A stretch of 32,000 nt of DNA from positions 1,890,001-1,922,000 of the forward strand of contig NC_009483.1 in the NCBI RefSeq assembly GCF_000016745.1. Reading direction: 5' to 3'. This DNA comes from Geotalea uraniireducens Rf4 (lineage in GTDB: Bacteria; Desulfobacterota; Desulfuromonadia; Geobacterales; Geobacteraceae). Both the position numbers and the translations under genes were made by a program. The notes under the pieces are model-generated. The model was not told where the DNA came from and ran no database searches. It saw only the letters and a list, made by a program, of their open reading frames with translations. Positions 7,228 to 16,004 of the stretch are shown in pieces (position 1 is the first letter of the stretch; each line of letters begins with the position of its first letter).

Positions 7228-8172
7228 TCAGGGGATTACATCCTTGCAGAAACCGCGAGATCCTTCAAGGCAGATTCTTCCCTCGGTCCAGATTGCTCTG
7301 TCCAGGTTTGCCCCGTCCAGATTTGCCGCATTGATATTGGCAAGCCTGAGACTGGACATGTAGAGATTCGCACTTTTCAGATTGGCTCGCTCCAGATTGG
7401 CTTCCTGCAAATTGGCCCGCTCCAGATTGGAGTTTGTGAGATTTGCCCCCCTGAGACTCGCACCGGTAAGGTCGAAACCTGTGAGGTTTACGCCGCTTAG
7501 GTTCATGCCGTCGAAATTACGGGTGGTGGAGAGTATTTTCCTGATTTCCGCTAAGGGCACGCGCGATACCGACGCATGTGCCCTGTTGCCGGCTTTTTTG
7601 CGTGCACCGGATGTGTGCTTACGTACCGGTTTTTTCCTGGCGGTGGATTTCTTATGGATGCCGTCGTCTTTATGAAAATCCTCCATAACGGGTGATAAAC
7701 CGGGTATGTATGCCTTTCGGTGATTTTTCTTTTTGCGGGTGCGGTGTGAGACTTTCTTTTCTTTACCGGCAGTAACGTTCTTCTTTTTTATGTTGTCGTT
7801 AGTTTCAGCTGTTTTTTGCACAGCATGGCTATTTCCCAGAGCTCCCTTTTCTGCGGCAAGCTTTTCCCGTTCTGTCGCTTCTTTGACCTGCCCTTCCAAC
7901 TTAGTCTTTTCAGCATTGGCCTGTTCCTCACCCATTTTGTCAGACATCGGTTGCTCGTCGGCGGTATGCAAAAGGCGATCGGCCTCTTTCAACGCTTCAT
8001 CAGCATCCGGTGAAGTTTTGGCGGGGCTGATCTCGTCACTGCGAACCTGTTCACCCTGTTCGGTAAAAACCGGCTCTGCCGAAAATGCTTCAGCGCCGGT
8101 CATCATTTGGCCGGCTACAGCCATGAACAACAACATGATCGTGATTGTGATCCGCCGTAGTGATCTTTTCAA
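7228..8172 (-). CDS. Exported pentapeptide-repeat protein with Lys-rich linker
   Basis: TTG start at 8172 is preceded by GAGAGG with a 6-nt spacer. Signal peptide MKRSLRRITITIMLLFMAVAGQMMTGAEA. The C-terminal half is consecutive A(N/D)LxX pentapeptides (ANLTNSNLERANLQEANLERANLKSANL...). Confidence 0.8.
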   Translation of the reverse strand: MKRSLRRITITIMLLFMAVAGQMMTGAEAFSAEPVFTEQGEQVRSDEISPAKTSPDADEALKEADRLLHTADEQPMSDKMGEEQANAEKTKLEGQVKEATEREKLAAEKGALGNSHAVQKTAETNDNIKKKNVTAGKEKKVSHRTRKKKNHRKAYIPGLSPVMEDFHKDDGIHKKSTARKKPVRKHTSGARKKAGNRAHASVSRVPLAEIRKILSTTRNFDGMNLSGVNLTGFDLTGASLRGANLTNSNLERANLQEANLERANLKSANLYMSSLRLANINAANLDGANLDRAIWTEGRICLEGSRGFCKDVIP

Positions 8173-8370
8173 TATCGCCTCTCAATGGGTAGTTTCGCCG
8201 GCAAAAGGTTGCTGCCCGGTTAGGAAATTTAATATCATTTATCATTATCGGCAGGGATGGATAAATATTTAGGCCGTTTTGCACGCCGAACCCAATGCCG
8301 GCCGAAATGGGTAAAACTCGGCCCGAAGCTTCCTGACCGGCATCTGGTATACTTAAACCTGTATAAAGCA

Positions 8371-8404
8371 TTTTAACCACGAATCTTCACGAATTTGCAC
8401 GAAT
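8371..8404. repeat. Array of three CACGAAT heptamers at exact 10-bp phasing (left arm)
   Basis: CACGAAT at 8378-8384, 8388-8394 and 8398-8404, preceded by TTTTAACCAC. Confidence 0.85.
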
Positions 8405-8466
8405 ATACAAGCTTTTGTGATGCAGAAGACACTCATCAGGTCGGTGACTACTCAAGGCTTAACAAG

Positions 8467-8510
8467 TGGTTAAAAACATTCGTGTTCATTCGTGTCATTC
8501 GTGGCTAACT
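8467..8510. repeat. Array of three ATTCGTG heptamers (reverse complement of the left arm), 10/9-bp phasing (right arm)
   Basis: ATTCGTG at 8478-8484, 8488-8494 and 8497-8503. GTGGTTAAAA (8467-8476) is the exact complement of TTTTAACCAC (8371-8380). Confidence 0.85.
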
Positions 8511-8595
8511 GTCGTTTTGGGGTTAAATGGTTACGGTGATGACCGTTTATCATGCAGCAAGACCGGAAATCAATCCGGAAATGGGGGTACACGCA

Positions 8596-9300
8596 ATGAA
8601 ATTATATAAAATATTGTCTGCGATTGTATCAATGGTGCTTATGTTCAGCATGTCGCTTTCTTCTGCCCTTGCGGAAAATGAAGCGAAGAAGATTAACGAG
8701 GCAACAGGCGTTGTCAAGGAAATCATGACCATCCCGGAAAAAGGAATTCCACCGGCACTGTTAAAGAATGCCTACGGCATCGCCATCATTCCGGGGGTCA
8801 TCAAGCTCGGCTTCATCGTCGGCGGCCGGCATGGCAGCGGTGTGCTGATGGTGCGCGACAACGAGGGGAAATGGAGCAATCCCGTTTTCGTCAACTTTAC
8901 CGGCGGCAGTGTCGGCTGGCAAATCGGTGCGCAATCCACGGATGTGATCCTGGTGTTCAAGAGCAGACGAAGTGTCGAGGGGATCAAAAAAGGGAAATTC
9001 ACCCTGGGTGTCGATGCGGCAGTGGCGGCGGGGCCGGTGGGGCGTAAGCTGGAAGCGGCAACCGACGTGAAGTTGAAGGCAGAGATTTATTCGTACTCGC
9101 GCAGCCGCGGCCTGTTTGCCGGGGTTTCCCTGGAAGGCGCAGCACTGCAGATTGATGATGATGCCGATGCAGCCTTTTACGGAAAGCCTGGTATCCGCGC
9201 TGGCGAAATCATGTCCGGCAAGGTGGGGATATCCTCGCCCGAAATAAGGAATCTGCAGAAGTTGCTGGCTGAGTACGCGACCATCAGGTTGTCACCGTGA
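8596..9300 (+). CDS. Exported SYLF (Ysc84/DUF500) lipid-binding domain protein
   Basis: ATG 8596 follows GGGGG. Signal peptide MKLYKILSAIVSMVLMFSMSLSSALA. GIAIIPGVIKLGFIVGGRHGSGVL....GGSVGWQIGAQSTDVILVF...GVDAAVAAGPVGR....SRGLFAGVSLEGA matches the SYLF domain as I remember it. Confidence 0.75.
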   Translation: MKLYKILSAIVSMVLMFSMSLSSALAENEAKKINEATGVVKEIMTIPEKGIPPALLKNAYGIAIIPGVIKLGFIVGGRHGSGVLMVRDNEGKWSNPVFVNFTGGSVGWQIGAQSTDVILVFKSRRSVEGIKKGKFTLGVDAAVAAGPVGRKLEAATDVKLKAEIYSYSRSRGLFAGVSLEGAALQIDDDADAAFYGKPGIRAGEIMSGKVGISSPEIRNLQKLLAEYATIRLSP

Positions 9301-11363
9301 AGCGGTTTGCAGCCCGGACGATGCTTGTGCTCATTCTTTCATTCTGCTCCCTCGCCGCATGCGCTGAGGTGGGAGAGCCGAGAGCGGTACGGCAGGAGAT
9401 CGCGGTAACCCTTTTCCCGGAGAGCCACCTCCTGACCGGAGCAAGCACGGTCACCTTTGCCGCCGGTGTCAATAGGGTCACCTTCTCCCTCTCTCCGGCT
9501 GCCGCCATCGAACGGGTTGCCGTGGCCGGGAAGGTGGCGCCGTTTTCCTTTGCCGGCGGCATGCTCGCCATCGACCTTCCCCGAGAGGTGGGAAGCGCTT
9601 CCGTTTCCGTGACGGTCAGCTACCGCGTCACCTTCAACGATCCGGTGCCGGAACGCCCCACCAGCAGCGAGGATCCCGGCTACGGAGTGAATGGCGCCAT
9701 TACGGGTCAGGGTGTTTTTCTCGGGAGCGGTGTCGGCTGGTATCCGGTGACGGCAGCTACCCCGGAACGACGGATAATCAGGATTGCCGCTCCAGAGGGG
9801 ATCGAAGCGGTGACCTCGGGAAGACGGATTGCCAGGGAGACCGGGCATGGCGTCACGCGCTCCACCTGGGAGGAGCTGAAGCCGGTCGGTGATCTCTCAC
9901 TCTCCGCCGGCCCTTACCGGATCGAAGAGCGGCACATGGACGGGGTTGACATCTATACCTATTTTTACCCGGACAATGCCCGCCTCTCGGCCCGCTATCT
10001 GGACGCAGCCGCAAAGTACATCCGCTTCTACAGCGGGCTCTTCGGTCCTTATCCGTTCGAGAAGTTCGCCGTAGTGGAGAACTTCTTTCCCACCGGCTAC
10101 GGCTTTCCTTCGTACACCCTCCTGGGGAGTGCGATCATCCGCCTCCCGTTCATCGTCGATACGAGCTTTCCCCATGAAATCGCCCACTGCTGGTGGGGGA
10201 ACGGAGTCCTGGTCGGCTACCGGGACGGCAACTGGTCGGAGGGGTTGGTCACCTATCTGGCAGACTATCTCCTTGAGGAGAAAAAGTCGCCGGCGGCCGG
10301 TCGGGACTATCGGCTCCGCCTTCTGACCGATTACGCATCCCTCGTGACACCGGAGCGGGATTTCCAGTTGCGTAACTTCACCGGCAGGGTAGACCCTGCT
10401 TCCCGCGCCATCGGCTACGGCAAGGGGGCGATGGTCTTTCACATGGTGCGGTCCGTAATCGGTGATCAGGCATTCTTTGGGGCCCTGCGGGAGATTTGCC
10501 GGGAAAAACTTTACAAAACCGCCACCTGGCAAGACTTTACCCGCGCCTTTTCCCGAAGCGTCGGGAAAGACCTTACCCCTTTCATGGAGCAGTGGCTTGC
10601 ACGGCCGGGGGGACCGCGCCTTGCCCTTGCCGGGATAAGCAGGCGGCAAGAGGGGGGTAACTGGGTGGTCACCGGGACGATTATCCAGACTCCCCCTCTC
10701 TACGACGTTTCTCTGCCGCTGCGGCTGGAGACGGCCGGCGGCCCGCTTCGCCAAACCCTGAGGGTCGATCGGGAACGGACTCCGTTCAGTTTTTCCAGCT
10801 CTGATCTCCCCCGGCGACTCCTTATGGACCCCGACGTGGAGCTGTTCCGCGTCCTTTCCTCCGACGAGCTTCCCCCGACCGTCAACCGGATTAAGGGATC
10901 GAAGAATCTCCTGGCCGTCATTACTAAAAACTGTCAGGCGCGTGAGGGGACGGTGAGGCTACTGCTGGAATCCCTGGGGCAGGGGAGGGCGACGGTTGTC
11001 AGCGAGGACAAGATCGGCGCGACAAGCCTTCGCGACCATGACCTCCTCTTCTGCGGGGCTCCGCAGCAACAAACGACTTTTCCTGCACTTCCAGGGGGAA
11101 TATCCGTCTCACGCCGGGAGTTTTCCGTTGACGGGGAGCGATTCAACGGCTCCGACGGGCTTCTTTTCGTGGTGACGCGGCACCCCCTTGCCGCCGGGCG
11201 GGTCGCAGCCCTCTTTCTCCCCCTGTCGGACGGGGCGGCCGAGCGATATGTGCTGAAGATAACCCACTACGGCAAGTATGGCTACCTGGTGTTTGCCGGT
11301 GGTGAAAACCGGCGCAAGGGAATGTTTGCCCCGGCTGCGGGAAGCGTTGCGGAGTTTAACTGA
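9297..11363 (+). CDS. Lipoprotein M1-family zinc metallopeptidase (aminopeptidase N-like)
   Basis: GTG 9297 overlaps the SYLF stop (GTGA). MKRFAARTMLVLILSFCSLAAC has a lipobox. HEIAHCWWGN-(x17)-WSEGLVTY is the gluzincin HEXXH...E signature. VVEN occupies the GAMEN position. Confidence 0.85.
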   Translation: MKRFAARTMLVLILSFCSLAACAEVGEPRAVRQEIAVTLFPESHLLTGASTVTFAAGVNRVTFSLSPAAAIERVAVAGKVAPFSFAGGMLAIDLPREVGSASVSVTVSYRVTFNDPVPERPTSSEDPGYGVNGAITGQGVFLGSGVGWYPVTAATPERRIIRIAAPEGIEAVTSGRRIARETGHGVTRSTWEELKPVGDLSLSAGPYRIEERHMDGVDIYTYFYPDNARLSARYLDAAAKYIRFYSGLFGPYPFEKFAVVENFFPTGYGFPSYTLLGSAIIRLPFIVDTSFPHEIAHCWWGNGVLVGYRDGNWSEGLVTYLADYLLEEKKSPAAGRDYRLRLLTDYASLVTPERDFQLRNFTGRVDPASRAIGYGKGAMVFHMVRSVIGDQAFFGALREICREKLYKTATWQDFTRAFSRSVGKDLTPFMEQWLARPGGPRLALAGISRRQEGGNWVVTGTIIQTPPLYDVSLPLRLETAGGPLRQTLRVDRERTPFSFSSSDLPRRLLMDPDVELFRVLSSDELPPTVNRIKGSKNLLAVITKNCQAREGTVRLLLESLGQGRATVVSEDKIGATSLRDHDLLFCGAPQQQTTFPALPGGISVSRREFSVDGERFNGSDGLLFVVTRHPLAAGRVAALFLPLSDGAAERYVLKITHYGKYGYLVFAGGENRRKGMFAPAAGSVAEFN

Positions 11364-11504
11364 GAAGCGGTTCCCTTTAATCCGATTTTATCCGATCAAA
11401 AGTTATCCGCGTGCAACGCTTTTGACTGTTGCTTTGTTTTGCTTATAGTTTCCGTTTAAAAAAAGACTCGCCCTGAATTCTGTGCGTGGATTTTCCGCCG
11501 GCGA

Positions 11505-11513
11505 ATGGTATAG
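11505..11513 (+). promoter_or_regulatory. Candidate extended -10 promoter element (TGGTATAGT) for the rhomboid gene
   Basis: TGnTATAGT read at 11505-11513, 38 nt upstream of ATG 11551. A second candidate, TTGACT(11422-11427)-N16-TATAGT(11444-11449), lies further upstream. Confidence 0.3.
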
Positions 11514-11550
11514 TGGGCGGGAAATCAACCACTGAATCGGAGTAACGACG

Positions 11551-12384
11551 ATGACGCAACGAGCCATGCTCTGCCCCCGCTGCCGGCGCCTGATCGGCAG
11601 CAGTGAATCCTCCTGCTCATGGTGCGGGGCATCGCGACCTGCCGCCTGGTGGCAGTCGACCGCCTGGATACGGGGAGCCCTCGACGGCGACTGGATGGTC
11701 AGGACAATCGTAACTGCCAACATCATTTTCTATATTCTTTCCCTCCTCTTGAGCGCCCGCCACGGGTTTTCCGCAAATCCTTTCAGCCTCCTCTCGCCGG
11801 ACAAGACGAGCCTTTTGCTGCTCGGTGCGACCGGAACGGTCCCCATCGACCGGTTCGGCCGGCTCTGGACGCTCCTCTCCGCCAATTACCTCCACGGCGG
11901 TATTTTGCACATCTTCTTCAACCTTATGGCTATGCGCCAGATCGCTCCGTGGGTCAATCACGAATACGGCCCCAACCGCATGTTCACCATCTATACCCTG
12001 GGAGGGGTATGCGGTTTCCTGGTTTCCTACCTGGCCGGCGTTCCTTTTACCATCGGCGCTTCAGCGGCTGTCTGCGGCCTGATCGGCTCGCTTCTCTACT
12101 TCGGCAAGAGCCGTGGGGGAGCCTACGGAACTGCGGTCTACCGGGAAGTAAGCGGATGGGTGGTCGGCCTGGTCCTGTTCGGCCTGGTGATGCCCGGAAT
12201 CAACAACTGGGGGCATGGCGGCGGGATCATCGGCGGGATTATCCTGGGGAGGCTCCTGGGCTATGAGGACCGACGAGGAGAGACGGCCATCCATCGATTC
12301 CTGGCGCTGCTTTGCGCGGTGGCGACTGCCGGGGTGCTGGGGTGGGCGGCTGTCAGCGCCATTGCACTCTGGTTCGGTTATTGA
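11551..12384 (+). CDS. Rhomboid-family intramembrane serine protease with N-terminal zinc ribbon
   Basis: CPRCRRLIGSSESSCSWCG (CxxC..CxxC). Rhomboid motifs HGGILHIFFNLMAM, GASAAVCGLIG (catalytic Ser) and GHGGGIIGGIILG (His). GGAG SD upstream. Confidence 0.88.
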   Translation: MTQRAMLCPRCRRLIGSSESSCSWCGASRPAAWWQSTAWIRGALDGDWMVRTIVTANIIFYILSLLLSARHGFSANPFSLLSPDKTSLLLLGATGTVPIDRFGRLWTLLSANYLHGGILHIFFNLMAMRQIAPWVNHEYGPNRMFTIYTLGGVCGFLVSYLAGVPFTIGASAAVCGLIGSLLYFGKSRGGAYGTAVYREVSGWVVGLVLFGLVMPGINNWGHGGGIIGGIILGRLLGYEDRRGETAIHRFLALLCAVATAGVLGWAAVSAIALWFGY

Positions 12385-12508
12385 TTCGCCGGCATTTGGC
12401 CGATGGTTGCCTGACGAAACAAGCCGGTCTCCTTTTTCCCATTGAATAGCGACGACATTTCTTTAATAATAGGAGCCTGCACGTTCCAATGCGATGCTTG
12501 GGGGAATC

Positions 12509-12883
12509 ATGAAAAAGTTGATGGTGATGCTGCTTTTCGTAGCATCTTCTGCATATGGCGAGTTTTATACCTGGACCGACTCCCGGGGGGTCGCTCACTA
12601 TACGAACAGCACGTACGAAATTCCCGCCCGCTACCGTGCCAAGGCAAAGGTCGTGAATCTGGGGATTGACCAGAAGTCGGATCCTTCCTCAGCCCAGCCG
12701 AACGGGCAGGTCCAACCGGCGAAACCGGAGGGGCAACCGGCGATTCCGGGTGCGGGGGGGAATATTATCCAACAGAATGCACCTACTCCGCCGGTAACGG
12801 TCGCACCGGCAGTGCCACGGCAACAGAGAATCGAACGGAAACAGCGGGTGAGACGCAACGTTTCCAGGGAAATGGAAGATTAA
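12509..12883 (+). CDS. Exported DUF4124-like protein with Pro/Gln-rich tail
   Basis: ATG 12509 follows GGGGGA. Signal peptide MKKLMVMLLFVASSAYG. FYTWTDSRGVAHYTNS is the DUF4124 core as I remember it. Confidence 0.65.
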   Translation: MKKLMVMLLFVASSAYGEFYTWTDSRGVAHYTNSTYEIPARYRAKAKVVNLGIDQKSDPSSAQPNGQVQPAKPEGQPAIPGAGGNIIQQNAPTPPVTVAPAVPRQQRIERKQRVRRNVSREMED

Positions 12884-12920
12884 GGCAATACGCCGGGCCT
12901 TACCTCGTGCCTCTAAAAAG

Positions 12921-12957
12921 GTGACCGGCCGCCACGCAGCCGGCCACATTTTTATTT
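12921..12957. terminator. Hairpin with flanking A/T runs between convergent genes (bidirectional terminator candidate)
   Basis: GTGaCCGGC...GCCGGcCAC, followed by ATTTTTATTT and preceded by CTAAAAAG. Confidence 0.5.
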
Positions 12958-12989
12958 CAATAGTTTTTATCTTGTGACGGGTGAATACC

Positions 12990-13715
12990 CTATGCTTCAT
13001 CGAGCATGGTCAGGAAGGGGTGGAACAGCCCCGACTGTTCCAGAACGTTCATGGTTACCCGACATCCCTGCGGTATGACTTTGCTCAGATGGTGTTCCCG
13101 CTCCAGGTAGATGAGAAATGGGAGGTTCCCTGACAGTGAGAAACCGAAACGGGCGGCCATGCCGATTGCGGCGCGCGCTTCGAGCTGCTGTCCCAGATCG
13201 CGGGTTGTTGCAAGATAATGCATGGGAAAGGAAACTGCCGATCTGTCGAGACTGTCGATGAAAGCGGTTTTCTCGGCGGCGGAGAGCTCTCCGAAATCGG
13301 CGCCGCACCAGTGACTCTCCTTGGTTGAAAGGAGCGAGCGACAGGAAAACGGTCGCGCGCCGTAGACGCCGCAGGCACCGTCGTCGAGCAGCAGGGGACA
13401 AAAGCCGATTATCCGCCGTTGCATCCTGAGATACGACTTCAAGTCCGACACTTCGCCGATATGTTCCAGAAGCCGCGCGGCATGGGCCTTGACCCGGCCT
13501 GCCTGCTCCTCAGTCAGCGCAGCGGCGACGCCCATGGCTTCCGGAAAAGTGCAGTTCACCGTAAGGTTGCAGCAACTCCGGCACCCCTTGCCGCAATGGA
13601 TCAGACCCCCTGCATGCATGTAGCCGTCGATGCATTCCATCGTCTTTCGGTCGAAGAGCTCATACAGTTTCCGTACTTCATCCTGCAATGTCTGCCAGTT
13701 GTTTTTCTGAGTCAT
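12990..13715 (-). CDS. YkgJ-family Cys-rich zinc/iron-chelating domain protein
   Basis: CGKGCRSCCNLTVNC plus FCPLLLDDGACGVYGARPFSCRS match the CxxCxxCC / YkgJ (UPF0153) pattern. Confidence 0.7.
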   Translation of the reverse strand: MTQKNNWQTLQDEVRKLYELFDRKTMECIDGYMHAGGLIHCGKGCRSCCNLTVNCTFPEAMGVAAALTEEQAGRVKAHAARLLEHIGEVSDLKSYLRMQRRIIGFCPLLLDDGACGVYGARPFSCRSLLSTKESHWCGADFGELSAAEKTAFIDSLDRSAVSFPMHYLATTRDLGQQLEARAAIGMAARFGFSLSGNLPFLIYLEREHHLSKVIPQGCRVTMNVLEQSGLFHPFLTMLDEA

Positions 13716-13884
13716 GGAGGGAGTTTAGACGGAGCTTTTGGGCGGGTCAAGTAAAAATACGCACCCTTTCTCCAGGATATTCAGCCCCGCATGCCCTCAA
13801 AATGGGCCTTGACGTCGGCAAAACCGGGGTGATAAGATCGGGACCGATCCGATGTGGCAATGAGACTCCGAGCACGAGGTGATT

Positions 13885-15123
13885 ATGCAGAGCCAGCAGG
13901 CAGTTGTCAGTCGTAATATCCTTTCCGTACCGGTGATCATTGCCGCCCTCGGTTATTTTGTCGATATTTACGACCTGGTGCTGTTCAGTATCGTCCGCGT
14001 GCCGAGCCTCAAGTCTCTCGGCCTGCAGGGGCAAGGGCTGATCGACCAGGGGGTGTTTCTCCTCAACATGCAGATGGCCGGCATGCTGGTCGGCGGCGTC
14101 ATATGGGGGGTGCTGGGGGACCGCAAAGGGCGCCTCAAGATCATGTTCGCATCCATCTTCCTCTACTCGCTGGCCAACTTCCTCAACGGCACGGTCACCT
14201 CGCTCCCTGCCTATGCCGTACTCCGTTTTATCGCCGGCATCGGCCTTGCCGGAGAACTGGGGGCCGGCATCACCCTGGTTTCCGAAGTGCTGCACCAGAG
14301 CGTTCGAGGCTACGGCACCATGGTCGTTGCCTCGGTGGGGGTCTCCGGTGCGATACTTGCAAATTTCGTTGCCAAGGCGTTCGAGTGGCGCAACGCCTTC
14401 TACATCGGCGGCGCCCTGGGGCTCATGCTCCTGATCGCCAGGATCAGCGTGGCCGAGTCCGGCATGTTCCGGCAGATGGCGAGCACTGCCGTCAGCAAGG
14501 GGAACTTTCTCTCCCTTTTCACTGACCGGCGACGTTTCGGCCGTTACCTGCATTCGATCCTGATCGGCATACCGACCTGGTTCGTGGTCGGCATCCTCAT
14601 CACCTTTTCCCCGGAGTTCGCCAAGGTACTCGGCGTCACCGGTCCGATCACGGCGGGGAACGCGGTCATGTTCTGCTACCTGGGGCTGGTCTTCGGCGAC
14701 CTCGCCAGCGGCGTACTGAGCCAACTTCTGCAGAGCCGGCGGCAGGTGATCTTTATCTTTCTGGCACTTACGGTTGCAGGCATCGGCTGGTATTTCCTGG
14801 CGGACGGGGTCTCCCCATCCCTCTTCTACTGGATCTGCGCCTTCCTCGGCTTCGGCAGCGGCTACTGGGCCATATTTGTCACCATCGCCGCAGAGCAGTT
14901 CGGCACCAATCTGCGGGCCACCGTTGCCACCACCGTTCCCAACTTTGTGCGCGGGATGGTCGTGCCGATTACCATGCTTTTTCAGCTCTGTCGCAAACAG
15001 TTTGGCCTTGAACCGGGTGCACTGATCGTCGGGGGCCTCTGTCTGGCCATCGCTCTCTTTTCCCTCTGGCGTCTAGAAGAGACTTTTCATAAGGATCTGG
15101 ACTATTTCGAGGAGTTCCTGTAG
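13885..15123 (+). CDS. MFS transporter
   Basis: About 12 hydrophobic segments. The GDRKGRLKIM loop between TM2 and TM3 is the MFS signature. ATG 13885 lies 6 nt after GAGG; GTG 13879 is an alternative start. Confidence 0.85.
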   Translation: MQSQQAVVSRNILSVPVIIAALGYFVDIYDLVLFSIVRVPSLKSLGLQGQGLIDQGVFLLNMQMAGMLVGGVIWGVLGDRKGRLKIMFASIFLYSLANFLNGTVTSLPAYAVLRFIAGIGLAGELGAGITLVSEVLHQSVRGYGTMVVASVGVSGAILANFVAKAFEWRNAFYIGGALGLMLLIARISVAESGMFRQMASTAVSKGNFLSLFTDRRRFGRYLHSILIGIPTWFVVGILITFSPEFAKVLGVTGPITAGNAVMFCYLGLVFGDLASGVLSQLLQSRRQVIFIFLALTVAGIGWYFLADGVSPSLFYWICAFLGFGSGYWAIFVTIAAEQFGTNLRATVATTVPNFVRGMVVPITMLFQLCRKQFGLEPGALIVGGLCLAIALFSLWRLEETFHKDLDYFEEFL

Positions 15124-15125
15124 CG

Positions 15126-15208
15126 TTTAGTCCCTTAGAAAAATTATTTGCATGTTTTTTGCGAAGAATTTTTCGTGAAGGGACTTATCCCGTTCATCGG
15201 GGTTAGGG
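15126..15208 (+). repeat. 83-nt repeat, copy A (inverted partner at 18483..18565)
   Basis: Hand alignment against the reverse complement of 18483..18565 gives 82/83 identical (only 15192 differs). It starts 3 nt after the MFS stop codon. Internal complementary segments: AGTCCCTT/AAGGGACT, CGAA/TTCG, CCCG/CGGG. Confidence 0.95.
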
Positions 15209-15441
15209 ATTGTGGTCTCGGCATATTTGAGGCTGATATTGGGGGATGTTACGGTTAAGCATAAGAGCTCGCGCGACTGGCACTTTCCACGTTCGGATCA
15301 AAAATCGGTAGCGACTTATCCACGGCACCGGATGGTTAAATATGTAGCTAATGAGTATACGTTATGGTAAACAATTAAAAAAAATTGGTGTGGTACGTGA
15401 TATGATATGAAATTTGTTGAACGTGTAATTGGAGGAATACG

Positions 15442-15828
15442 ATGAATAAGAAGATAGTCCTTGTTGTTGATGACAGCGAAATTGTACTGGCGATGGCCCG
15501 CGAAGCTCTTGAGGCGGGCGGGTTCGACGTTGTTACTGCCTTGAATGCGAAGGGGGCGGATAACTTCATCTTCAGTCAGGACAAACCGGATCTTATCATA
15601 CTTGACGTCATGCTGCCGATGCTCGATGGAGACAAGAAGGCGAAAATGCTCAAGGATAACGAGCTTTCCAAGGGTATCCCCATACTGTTGCTCTCATCGA
15701 AGCCGGAGGACGAGCTTCGCCGCCTTGTGAAAGAATCCGGAGCCGATGGATTTATCCGAAAGCCTTTTGCACACGGGCAGTTGGTGGAGAAGGCGGAAAA
15801 GACGATCCGCGAGAAGCTTGCCGACTGA
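15442..15828 (+). CDS. Single-domain response regulator (CheY-like receiver)
   Basis: VLVVDDSEIV...DLIILDVMLPMLDG...LLLSSK...GADGFIRKPF carries the receiver acidic pocket, phospho-Asp and conserved Lys. GGAGGA SD. No output domain and no kinase gene nearby. Confidence 0.88.
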   Translation: MNKKIVLVVDDSEIVLAMAREALEAGGFDVVTALNAKGADNFIFSQDKPDLIILDVMLPMLDGDKKAKMLKDNELSKGIPILLLSSKPEDELRRLVKESGADGFIRKPFAHGQLVEKAEKTIREKLAD

Positions 15829-15867
15829 CAGGTGCTCCCGCAGATCTCAGATTTGCACTTATAAAAG

Positions 15868-15901
15868 GGAATGGGTCGACAAATAACCCGTTCCTTTTTT
15901 T
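15868..15901 (+). terminator. Rho-independent terminator after the response regulator gene
   Basis: GGAATGGGT / 9-nt loop / ACCCGTTCC, followed by seven T. Confidence 0.7.
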
Positions 15902-16004
15902 GTCCTTTTCTGAAATAGCCAAGCCTGTCGGACTTGGGAAGATGATTCCCCAAATCCGACAGGTTCCTTGACAAGACCGTACGACACTGGTTACTATTGC
16001 ATCC

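Noticed and set aside
9897-10754. 285-aa minus-strand ORF inside the M1 peptidase gene
   Set aside because: Antisense shadow. The + frame carries HEXXH...E.
13747-14724. 325-aa minus-strand ORF opposite the MFS transporter
   Set aside because: Antisense shadow. Its highly charged D/E/R/H-rich composition is the mirror of a hydrophobic membrane protein frame.
15281-15296. TGGCAC-containing sequence upstream of the response regulator (sigma54 -24 element?)
   Set aside because: The -12 position reads ACGT rather than TTGC at the required spacing. A similar TGGCTC...GCAAC near 21830 has its GC element 2 nt out of register with the consensus.
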